From the IMG/VR virus record IMGVR_UViG_3300046005_000942, positions 1 through 32,230 of that record: 32,230 bases of DNA; one strand, written 5' to 3'. Within the stretch, counting starts at the first letter, position 1, and every line of letters starts with the position of its first letter. The translations under genes were made by a program, and so were the position numbers. The stretch is from a virus. Taxonomy: Duplodnaviria; Caudoviricetes. Under the pieces are notes generated by a model that saw only the letters and a program-made list of their open reading frames with translations, ran no database searches and was not told the origin of the DNA. Positions 15,346 through 24,700 of the stretch are shown piece after piece.

Positions 15346-16901
15346 TGGAAGTAGTAGGAGGACGCGGAATATTAGTGCGGGTTCGTAACCCGGAAAGATA
15401 CACATCAGTACTAAATGACTGCATCTATATAGGTGATGTTGGCGAGGGTGTACATGAACTCATGGTCAGGTGGAATCGTGAGAACGTGGACATCCTTACT
15501 AGGCTAGGGCTTAAGAACGTACCTTCTACCATCAAGAAGGACTACAAGTGGCCCGGGGCGTTCACCCCTATGAGTCATCAGAAGGACACCGCATCATTCA
15601 TCGTCAACAACCAAAAGTGTTTTGTGTTCAATGAGGCAGGGGTAGGCAAGACGGCAAGTGCTGCATGGGCATCAGACTACCTAATGAGTCTGGGGCTTGT
15701 GAAGCGTGTCCTTATTGTCTGTCCGTTGTCTATTGTGCATGCTGCATGGCGTAGAGACTTGTTTAACGTAGTACCCCATAGGCGGGTAGGGGTAGCGCAT
15801 GGGTCAGTCAAGACCAGACGGGAGATAATTACTGGGGACTATGAGTACGTCATCATAAACTTTGATGGTGTAGAGATTGTGTTGGATGAGCTAGTAGCTA
15901 GTAACTTCGATATGATTATCGTGGATGAGGCCAACCACCTAAAGAACGTACAGACACGGCGTTGGAGGACATTCAAGAAGCTAGTCAAGCCTGAGACACG
16001 GTTGATAATGATGACGGGTACACCAGCGGCGCAGTCTCCTGAAGATGCATACGGCCTTGCCAAGTTAGTAAATCCTACGAAGGTACCCGCCTTCTTTGGT
16101 GCGTGGAAGGCTGCTGTCATGCAGAAGATGTCTATGTTTAAGTGGATGCCTAAGTCTAACGCTAAGGATCTGGTGTTTAAGGTACTGCAGCCAGCGATAC
16201 GGTTTACCAAGCAGGAGTGCCTAGACCTACCCGACATGATGTATGAGTTGCGAGAAGTACCCCTAACATCGCAGCAGAAGAAATATTACGACAAGCTGAA
16301 GAAGCAGATGCTTATAGAGGCGGCAGGGGAGGAGATCAGCGCGGTTAATGCAGCGGCTAAACTTACTAAATTACTTCAGATCAGCTGTGGATCGGTTTAC
16401 TCAGACGAGGGTAATACGGTTCACTTCGACGTGTCTAGCCGGATGAATGAGTTAGAGGCTATCATTGATGAGTGCTTGCATAAGGTCATTGTGTTTGCGC
16501 CATTCACTCATACCATCGAAATGATAGAGGAGTTCCTTACCCGCAAGAAGCATACATGCGCTGTTATTAATGGGGCAGTATCCCTGTCTAAGCGCAGTGC
16601 CATTATTGAGAAGTTCCAGAATGACCCTATGCTGCGAGTAATCATTATCCAGCCACAGGCAGCAGCGCATGGCATCACGTTAACTGCAGCAGACACGGTA
16701 GTTTGGTTTGGCCCTACCACTAGCGTAGAGACATTCATACAAGCTAACTCACGTGCTCATCGTAAGGGGCAACACAACAAGGTAACTGTATACATGATTC
16801 AGGGTAGCCCTGCTGAGTCTAAGATATACGCATCCTTGAACAAGAAAATCGACGAACATGAACATCTAATAGCGTTATACAACGATATAATAAACAGTTG
16901 A
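15345..16901 (+). CDS. SNF2-family (SF2) helicase
   Basis: GVGKT, VCPLS, DEAN, MTGTP, HGITLTAA, QANSRAHRKGQ. Confidence 0.95.
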   Translation: MEVVGGRGILVRVRNPERYTSVLNDCIYIGDVGEGVHELMVRWNRENVDILTRLGLKNVPSTIKKDYKWPGAFTPMSHQKDTASFIVNNQKCFVFNEAGVGKTASAAWASDYLMSLGLVKRVLIVCPLSIVHAAWRRDLFNVVPHRRVGVAHGSVKTRREIITGDYEYVIINFDGVEIVLDELVASNFDMIIVDEANHLKNVQTRRWRTFKKLVKPETRLIMMTGTPAAQSPEDAYGLAKLVNPTKVPAFFGAWKAAVMQKMSMFKWMPKSNAKDLVFKVLQPAIRFTKQECLDLPDMMYELREVPLTSQQKKYYDKLKKQMLIEAAGEEISAVNAAAKLTKLLQISCGSVYSDEGNTVHFDVSSRMNELEAIIDECLHKVIVFAPFTHTIEMIEEFLTRKKHTCAVINGAVSLSKRSAIIEKFQNDPMLRVIIIQPQAAAHGITLTAADTVVWFGPTTSVETFIQANSRAHRKGQHNKVTVYMIQGSPAESKIYASLNKKIDEHEHLIALYNDIINS

Positions 16902-16926
16902 CATCTGTACTACTCTCGCGTACACT
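16898..16926 (+). promoter_or_regulatory. Sigma70-type promoter for the SSB/primase block
   Basis: TTGACA (16898-16903), 17 nt, TACACT (16921-16926). Confidence 0.75.
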
Positions 16927-16959
16927 ACATAACGTAGTCTAATGATAAGGAGAAATACG

Positions 16960-17355
16960 ATGTCGTTTAGCGCAGGTCGATTAGTACATGTCCGCCAAAA
17001 GATGCGTGAGAAGATAGCTTCCCTAGAAGTTCAGATCAAGGCCATTAACACTGAGATGGCGGTAATTGATGATGAGCTGATGGAGATATGCAGGGAGCAG
17101 AATGTAAACTCATTCGCTACTGATTACGGAACAGTATCTAGGGTTATAAAGGAACGGTACTGGGCAAGTGATTGGGACCCCCTACATCGTTTTGTGCTGG
17201 AGAATGGTGCGGTTGATTTACTAGAACGCCGTATCCACCAGACGAACATGAAGGAATGGATGAGAGAGCATAAGGATGACCATCCCCCGGGAGTTAGTTT
17301 GATGCGGGAGTATGCAATATCGGTACATAAACCGCGAAAGAAGGAGGAAGCATGA
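16960..17355 (+). CDS. Conserved phage replication-module protein of unknown function
   Basis: AAGGAG RBS before ATG 16960; N-terminal coiled coil, T..GTV, DW...DLLERRI. Confidence 0.75.
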   Translation: MSFSAGRLVHVRQKMREKIASLEVQIKAINTEMAVIDDELMEICREQNVNSFATDYGTVSRVIKERYWASDWDPLHRFVLENGAVDLLERRIHQTNMKEWMREHKDDHPPGVSLMREYAISVHKPRKKEEA

Positions 17356-17540
17356 TAGTGAACAACGACCCCCTGCTGACACTAGTAGAAGCAGCAAAGT
17401 ATCTAAGGGTGAGTAAAAGCATGATGTATCTGCTGTATAAAGAGCACCGTGGCCCTGCACGGGTAATGATAGGTAACAGGGCAATGTATCTACAAAGCGA
17501 TTTAGAGCGTTTCATTAATGATAATAGGAGCATGACATGA
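17352..17540 (+). CDS. Excisionase/AlpA-like winged-HTH protein
   Basis: LLTLVEAAKYLRVSKSMMY...GP....IG....Y...DLERFI. Confidence 0.85.
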   Translation: MIVNNDPLLTLVEAAKYLRVSKSMMYLLYKEHRGPARVMIGNRAMYLQSDLERFINDNRSMT

Positions 17541-18463
17541 GCACAGAACTAACCCCATTTGACTTTAGCACCATCCCTGCAAACCTGAAGAAGAAAGAAC
17601 TCAGCGCAACCACACGGTCATTAATACAAGGTGCTTCGCAGAATCCCATAAAGAACATCCGACTGCATGGTAAGGACTTTGTTCTGGTTGTTGATGGTAA
17701 AGAAGTACAGAAGAATAAGTCTGGATCTATGGATGTAGTTATTGTTCGCGCTGCACTAAGTAACAGCCGTGTGCATTTCGACCCATCAAAGCCATTTAAA
17801 CAAGGTCAACCCGCAAGCCCACCTAACTGCACGTCTGAGAATGGTGTTACCCCAGATGCCCGTTCTACAGAGCCACAAGCAGATACATGTGCATCTTGCC
17901 TACGCAACGTCAAGGGATCAGGCCCGAACGGAACCCGTGCTTGCGCCTACAAACGTAAGATCGCTATTGCATTGGGTGGGGACTTAGAAGGCGATGTATA
18001 TCAGTTGGTTCTCCCTGCCATGTCAATCTTTAGTGATAATGGCACCAAGAGTAAAGCACTGATGGGGTACGCAACCTTACTGGCAGCTAATAACCTAGAC
18101 GTGCATGATATGGTTACTAGAATGAGCTTTGACGAGGACTCCTCCGTACCTAAGCTGCAGTTCTCTCCGGTCAGACACCTAACTGCCGATGAAGCACGTA
18201 TCGTAGCCCGTCAAGGTAGTACCCCTGCAGCCCTGTTTGCAGTTGGTGAGAAGGCTACTAAACTTCCAGCTATTGGTGTGTCGGAGGTAACAGACGTAGT
18301 AGAAGTAGTTGAGGAAGATGATGAAGTAATAGTAGCACCAGTAGCTAAGAAGGCTAAGAAGGCAGTGGTTGAGGATGACAGTGAGCCAGTGGTAGTCACT
18401 AAAGCCGCCCCTGAAGATCGTGCATCTAAGATTAAGAACTCCCTTGCTGCATGGGGTGACTGA
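17537..18463 (+). CDS. Putative single-stranded DNA-binding/annealing protein
   Basis: Lies between helicase and primase; Cys cluster (C.S..G..P, CASC, RAC); acidic/low-complexity tail ending in WGD. Function inferred. Confidence 0.6.
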   Translation: MSTELTPFDFSTIPANLKKKELSATTRSLIQGASQNPIKNIRLHGKDFVLVVDGKEVQKNKSGSMDVVIVRAALSNSRVHFDPSKPFKQGQPASPPNCTSENGVTPDARSTEPQADTCASCLRNVKGSGPNGTRACAYKRKIAIALGGDLEGDVYQLVLPAMSIFSDNGTKSKALMGYATLLAANNLDVHDMVTRMSFDEDSSVPKLQFSPVRHLTADEARIVARQGSTPAALFAVGEKATKLPAIGVSEVTDVVEVVEEDDEVIVAPVAKKAKKAVVEDDSEPVVVTKAAPEDRASKIKNSLAAWGD

Positions 18464-18474
18464 TGTAGGATCAA

Positions 18475-18498
18475 CACCCGTGACGAGCGTCACGGGTG
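18475..18498. other. GC-rich intergenic hairpin
   Basis: CACCCGTGAC-GAGC-GTCACGGGTG, no U-tract. Confidence 0.7.
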
Positions 18499-18515
18499 CA
18501 TAAATGGAGAATAAA

Positions 18516-18692
18516 ATGCACACCAAATATAATCACTTTAGTGATAGCGAATTAGTAGGTATCATAGACAGCAGTATGTGGACTACAGGGTTGATGGATC
18601 TGATCCCCTTACTACAAGAAGCAAGTAGCCGAATCGCAAAAGCCGGCTCCTGCGAATTAGATAATACCCCCCAGCTAAACTTATTTAAGTAA
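18516..18692 (+). CDS. Hypothetical protein
   Basis: GGAG RBS favours ATG 18516; ends in QLNLFK. Confidence 0.6.
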   Translation: MHTKYNHFSDSELVGIIDSSMWTTGLMDLIPLLQEASSRIAKAGSCELDNTPQLNLFK

Positions 18693-18705
18693 TACAGGAT
18701 CTTAC

Positions 18706-21654
18706 ATGGACGCACTTATTGAAGGTGTCGTACCTTCTACGGGGTTTTGTTGCCTCACCACAATCAAGAAGGGCCGGCCCGTACAGGTCTTTTTTGAATC
18801 CCGTGAGGAGATGGTTGCTGCGGGTATAGCTGCATCTACTATTGATGGGACCAATGCGTACTATGCGATGGCTTCGTTTCGAGAGCCGGGAGCTAGAACG
18901 CAGGATAACGTATTGGCACTGAAGTCATTTTGGTTAGATGTAGACTGCAAGGATAAGAACCCGACGATGGACTATGCTAGTCCAGATGAAGGTCTTGATG
19001 CTATTGGGGAGTTCTGTAAGTATCACTCGTTCCCTAGGCCCTCTATAGTTAACTCTGGGTTTGGGTGGCATGTGTACTGGACCCTTGATGAGTCTATTAC
19101 TAAAGATGTATGGCAACCCGTAGCCAATAAGCTAAAGACCCTATGCTTGACTAAAGGGGACGGGGCACTACGTATTGACCCAGCTTGTACGGCAGATAGT
19201 GCACGGGTACTACGCATCCCTAATACATTTAACTATCGGTCTAACCCCCCTGTACAAGTAGAGTCTGTGCTAGTTGGTAAGCCCATGTCGCTAGGGGCCT
19301 TTAAGACACTCCTTGATTTTGCCTGTAAGCAGCCTGAAACACCCGCATTAGTGCTTGTACCTCCTGTAGCTAAGAAAGAACTCAGTGCCACCACCAAGGC
19401 CCTACTAAGCAACAGCACCACATCATTCGGTAAGATAGTTACTAAGTGCGTAGCAGGCACAGGGTGTGACCAGATCTTGCATGGCATCCAGAACCAAGCA
19501 GATGTATCTGAGCCTATGTGGAGAGGGTTATTATCCATAGCCGAGTGCTGTACAGATAGGGTGCAGGCCATAGACTACATATCCAGAGAGCACCCTGCGT
19601 ATGATAGCGATGAAGCCCTTACAAAGGCTAGCAAGACTAGAGATAGAACAACAGGCAAGGGGCAACCCTATACCTGTGCTAGATTTAACACTGAGCGTTC
19701 TGGGGTATGTACTGCATGCGCTCATTGGGGTAAGATCAAGAGTCCCGTAGTACTAGGGCATGAGATAGATGCTATCAGTGAACCTGTTCAGGTTGATACA
19801 ACACCGCCTGACGCGCCTAAGATAGTTGAGCATGTAATTAAGCTACCTGAGTCACCTACTGTAACCCCCATACAGGACATACTGACAAATGAGGACTACG
19901 TACAGGTCAATCTACAGGCAACACAGATCGCGCTTGATAAATTTAATGCAGCGCAGAAGATCGCCACCATACCCGTACCACCTAGTCCGTATCTCAGGGG
20001 GACGAATGGGGGTATATACAAGCGGATGAAGGTTGATGATGACGGTACGTATGACAACGTGCTTATATATGAGAATGACTTGTACATCCACAGTAGGTTG
20101 TTTGACCCAGAAGCAGGGCAAGTATTAGCGTGTAGGTTACATCTTCCTATGGATGGGATAAGGAGCTTCAACATACCACTAGGGTCAGTGGGTTCTAGGG
20201 ATGAGCTACGCAAGTCATTGGCAAAACAAGGTGTAGCCGCAGAAGATAAGGCAATGACATTAATTGGTTCGTACTTAATAACATCAGCTAGGGAGATGCA
20301 AAGAGTGACTAAAGAAGAAACATCACGAGTACAGATGGGTTGGCAAGAGGATGGGGCATTCATCGTGGGTAACAGAGAATATACCAAGTCAGGTATACGC
20401 CACTGCCCCCCATCAACCGCTACTGCATCTTACCAATCTAAATTCACAATAGAGGGGAGCATAGCGGAATGGCGTAAGATAATCGACTTCTACAACGCCC
20501 CGGGTTTTGAGCCGCATCAGTTCATCATACTGGCTATGATGAGTTCGCCCCTTGTTAGATTCTCAAGTAATTTTGGGATGCTGATCTCTATGAATAGTGA
20601 TGAGTCAGGGTTAGGCAAGACTGCACTACAACGTGTATGTAATAGTATCTGGGGCCACCCAGCAGATCTAATGACCATGCCTAAAGATACAGAGAAAACC
20701 ATAGCGCACCGCATGGGGGTGTACCGCAGTATGGGTATAAGCGTTGATGAGTTTACAGCCAAGACCTCTAAGCAATGTAGTGATATTGCCTATCTACTAT
20801 CCAATGGACGTGGTAATGCTAGGATGTATGGACATATCAATGCCGAACGTGAGAACAACACTGCATGGGCACTCAATATGCTTGTGTCTGCTAATGCTTC
20901 CATATTAGATCGTATTTCATCTACCAAGGCAGCACCCGAAGCAGAGCGTATGCGCCTGATGGAATTTAATATGCGGGGGTCGCCTGTAATAGACAAAGAT
21001 AAGGCCGATGATGTGTTTAATACATTACCTAAGAACTATGGTATGGCAGGTCATATACTAGCGGCATGGTTGGCAGAGCATATAGATGATATTCCAGCAT
21101 TGATTACTGCCACCCAGAAGCAGTTAGATAAGCAATTTAAGTTTACTAGCAAGGAGCGTATCTGGTCGTCTACTATAGCTCAAACACTGACTATGTGGCG
21201 GATAGCACACAAGCTAGGACTACATGACTTCGATATGCCTACTATGATTACGTACTTAATGAAGTTTATAGCTGATAGCCGGACAGCAGTTAAGAGCGAG
21301 AGCAGTACGCATGGAGAGTTGCTTGGAGAGTTCTTAGCATCTAACCACGGCAATGTGTTAGTTATAAACGGGTTGAGGGATGTAAATGGCTTACTATCAC
21401 CCCAGAGCAACAGGAACATAAATAGGATTGTTGCTCGGTACGAACCCGATACAAAACGCTTGCTTGTTGTGATTAGCGACCTAAAGAAATACTGTGTTGA
21501 GAAGCAGCTATCCTATGAAGGTCTAAAAATACTAGCGGTAAAAAGTGGAAATATGCGCCTCACTACAGGTACAGGGGTCGTAGCTGGGGGGATCAAGTGC
21601 CTTGAGTTTGATGCTAAGGCATTAGAGATGGATGATGCTGCGGTAGTCGCATGA
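18706..21654 (+). CDS. Primase-helicase: AEP/RepB-like primase, Cys cluster, DUF927 and P-loop helicase
   Basis: WLDVD, SGFGWHVYW, D.ARVLRIP; CARF...CTAC; QMGW; SGLGKT and ISVDE. Confidence 0.85.
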   Translation: MDALIEGVVPSTGFCCLTTIKKGRPVQVFFESREEMVAAGIAASTIDGTNAYYAMASFREPGARTQDNVLALKSFWLDVDCKDKNPTMDYASPDEGLDAIGEFCKYHSFPRPSIVNSGFGWHVYWTLDESITKDVWQPVANKLKTLCLTKGDGALRIDPACTADSARVLRIPNTFNYRSNPPVQVESVLVGKPMSLGAFKTLLDFACKQPETPALVLVPPVAKKELSATTKALLSNSTTSFGKIVTKCVAGTGCDQILHGIQNQADVSEPMWRGLLSIAECCTDRVQAIDYISREHPAYDSDEALTKASKTRDRTTGKGQPYTCARFNTERSGVCTACAHWGKIKSPVVLGHEIDAISEPVQVDTTPPDAPKIVEHVIKLPESPTVTPIQDILTNEDYVQVNLQATQIALDKFNAAQKIATIPVPPSPYLRGTNGGIYKRMKVDDDGTYDNVLIYENDLYIHSRLFDPEAGQVLACRLHLPMDGIRSFNIPLGSVGSRDELRKSLAKQGVAAEDKAMTLIGSYLITSAREMQRVTKEETSRVQMGWQEDGAFIVGNREYTKSGIRHCPPSTATASYQSKFTIEGSIAEWRKIIDFYNAPGFEPHQFIILAMMSSPLVRFSSNFGMLISMNSDESGLGKTALQRVCNSIWGHPADLMTMPKDTEKTIAHRMGVYRSMGISVDEFTAKTSKQCSDIAYLLSNGRGNARMYGHINAERENNTAWALNMLVSANASILDRISSTKAAPEAERMRLMEFNMRGSPVIDKDKADDVFNTLPKNYGMAGHILAAWLAEHIDDIPALITATQKQLDKQFKFTSKERIWSSTIAQTLTMWRIAHKLGLHDFDMPTMITYLMKFIADSRTAVKSESSTHGELLGEFLASNHGNVLVINGLRDVNGLLSPQSNRNINRIVARYEPDTKRLLVVISDLKKYCVEKQLSYEGLKILAVKSGNMRLTTGTGVVAGGIKCLEFDAKALEMDDAAVVA

Positions 21655-21660
21655 TATAAT
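21652..21660 (+). promoter_or_regulatory. Extended -10 promoter candidate
   Basis: TGaTATAAT overlapping the primase stop codon; no -35 match. Confidence 0.5.
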
Positions 21661-21686
21661 TAGGTTGTTGTTCTCCAGAAGTCTTA

Positions 21687-21713
21687 ACCCCGGTCTAGGC
21701 CGGGGTCTTTTTT
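21687..21713 (+). terminator. Rho-independent terminator between convergent gene blocks
   Basis: ACCCCGGT-CTAG-GCCGGGGT followed by CTTTTTT. Confidence 0.9.
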
Positions 21714-21723
21714 ACAGCTGGTT

Positions 21724-24700
21724 TTAATCTTCTTCATCCTCATCATCCTCGTGGTTCCTGTACTTCAGTAGCGTAGCCCGTAGCTTAGGGGGTATATACA
21801 CACCATCCACACTATTAATCAAATTATTAACTCTAGTTTTATGTGACTGTATTAATGTCTCTCCGGTTATCGGCTTCACAGGAAATGCCTTGTTGAACGA
21901 TGCTATGTTTTCACGGATCTTATCTTTCATCTCATCATCGCCGTTGGTGTTAGCTAGGTAGAATGCATCCAGCAGGGATTGCCTACGGGTAAGCATATGC
22001 TGCTCTACCTTCTTCCTAACGCCAGCCCTAGCATAAGCCTCAGACAACTCTGCATCAGTGAACCCTAGTATCTGGTTGAACACCTGCAGGCCATCTACAT
22101 CATCTACAATCTTAGCTCCCTTACGGTTTAGTGCACCTTCATTAGCAAAGCGGTATGCCTTCAGCGGATTCCGTACGAACGATGGGGATAGTGTCTCCAG
22201 TGCACGGTCTGTATGCCCTTGGTTGAATAGCTCAAGTGCTCTCTGTGGGTTGACAAACAGAGTCGAGTAAGAAGGACCAAAGAAGTGCTCCATAAAGTAT
22301 GCAGCCCCTCCAACCTCTGCTAACCGTCGTTCATCCTCACGCCATACCAACCCGTTGAACCCAGTCCTCGAGGCTATGTCCAGACCTAGTAGTTGGTTTA
22401 CAGGCCCCTTGAAGTGTAGGTCGCCCACAGCAAGTTTAACTTGTTCATCAGGATCAAGCGGTTCTTCGTCATCACCAAACATAGCCTGTGCTGTAGAAGC
22501 CAGTAAGGAAGCAGCGCCATACAACGGCATCCCCTGCACCCCTGCAAATGCGTAGGTCGTACCATATATACCTAACATCTGCTTGAGTGCTAGATCCCTG
22601 ACTTCCTTAGTCTCGCCCTTGAAGGTGTTATAAAACAACTTAGCCATTAGTGCTATCTGTGCTTGGGCAAAGCGTTTGAACGTAAAGGCAACCTTACCAA
22701 TGTTGTTCTGGAATAGTTGTGGGCCAGCTTCAGGTAAGGCATGGCTGTGTGCATCTACCGTAGTATTAATAGCAAACGCCCTAGCATCTGCGGGGGACAT
22801 CTTAGCTCTAGCCAAGTCATATGCAGCTATAAGGGTGATCTCACGGTTCATACGCTCTGAGTTCTGGAATAACCAACCTAACCCAGTCTCTACCTTAGAC
22901 CGCATGCCTGTGTAGTCCTCTGCTGATGTACGACGTAGTTCAGTTAGCTCATATCCTACACCACGACGGATTGTGGAGTGATCCAAGGCAGCTTCATACA
23001 GATCCTTATACTCTTGGCTTATCTTGGGGTTCTTACCGAAGGTAAAGTCAGGCATAAACTCCCGGTTGTCATCGAACTTGCCGTTAGCGTACATCTTGAA
23101 GGCTCTGTTAAATGCCGCTGTGGTTGCACCAAGACCATACTTACCAGACAACATAGGTAGTACGATTACAGGCAACTGCGTCAAGTTAACAAATGCAGAA
23201 GATGCATTACCTGCGATATGCCAGAAGTAACTAAGCCAGCTAAGACGGGAAGGTACTGTGTTAGCTACTGGGTTCTCTACAAACGACTTACCAGTCATCA
23301 GAGCTTCATACACATCCTTAATCTCAGTAGAAGCATCTTCAGCAGCTTCTCGGTTGATGCCAGCATATGCGTTGTCTAGGTCAGGACGGTACTTCATTGC
23401 GGATAACTGATGGGCCATCTTGCTACCTACATCAGCAAACCCTTGAACTACATCCTCGATATAACCCTGCTCACCAGTACGCGCTTGCATTTGCTGACGT
23501 AGTGACTGGGATGGCAGTAGTGACAGATACATCTGGTATGTGTTGTTTATTACTTCCTTTTTAACTCCATCACGCTGCATCTGTGCAAGAACGTCAGCAA
23601 TGAAACCGGAAGGAGGTGCCTTACTGTCATACTCAATTTGGGATAACCTAGCAAACTGCTTAAGCCCAGTAGCACCCTTGATACGTGCTAGCTTCATCTC
23701 TCTTTCTATGGCTCTAGGGCTGTCACGGGATATAGTTACTGACTCACCATCTTTGTCTGTGTAAGTTAACCAGTAATCCCCTTGGCGACGTAATGGGTGA
23801 TACCAAGCTAGGCTCTTAGACTCAAAGTCATTACGCATTGCCTCTACCTTTGAGAGATACTCTCTACCCATCTTTTCTGGAGCCATCTCGGTCAGGATGC
23901 TTATGTACTCATCAAAGTGCTTCTTGTACTCGGCAGCATACTCATTACCTAGGTCTTGCAAAGGCTTAGGCAGGGATTGGTATATCTTAACTAGCTCATG
24001 ATCCTTGTTCTCATCTTTAGTTGGATCAATGTTTGCGATTGATAGCTCGAATGCTACCTTATTAAACTTACGTACTATCTGTTTAGGGTACTTCTTCAGC
24101 AGAGATACACCCTTGTGAGTTAGCTTATCTACTATCGACCGTCTATGGTCTGAGTCATTAGCCCTCTGCTCTATGGTGTGCAGTAACTTCTTTAGTGAAG
24201 GGAGTATGCCTCCGTATTGCGCAATCATATTAGGTATGCTGTAGAACCGTAAAGCAGCTTTACGCACAGTGCTAGGTACGGTAGAGAGCGCATCACGAGC
24301 ATCTTCCATTAGCTTAGGTGAAGAAGATGGCATGCTGTTTAGTGACTCCCCTACGGAGTTTAGGATAGCTTCCGGGGTGCTAGTTGCTTGTGATTGCTTT
24401 ACCCCTGTGTTTGATATACGTGCAGCACCATACACTAGGTCTACAATATCAGCAGACTTCAACTTGCTTGGGGACATATGAAGTTTAGACAGTGTAGCTA
24501 CGATCCCAGCCCATAGCTCTTTCAACCACCCAGCAACCTTACCGTGTTCCTTAGGCTGACCTTTGAGGGGATCAATCTTGTACTTGTTAACAGCAATCTC
24601 AGTAAAGTACGCAATTACTTCTTGGTTGTACCTGTCGCCCTTCTCCCCTGACAGATCTGCTTTCTCTATAGCTTCTTTAGCAATCAGATGCTCGTTGGTA

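Noticed and set aside
17352-17540. Proof of a prophage or integration module
   Set aside because: Excisionase-like HTH only; no integrase, att site or host flank in the window.
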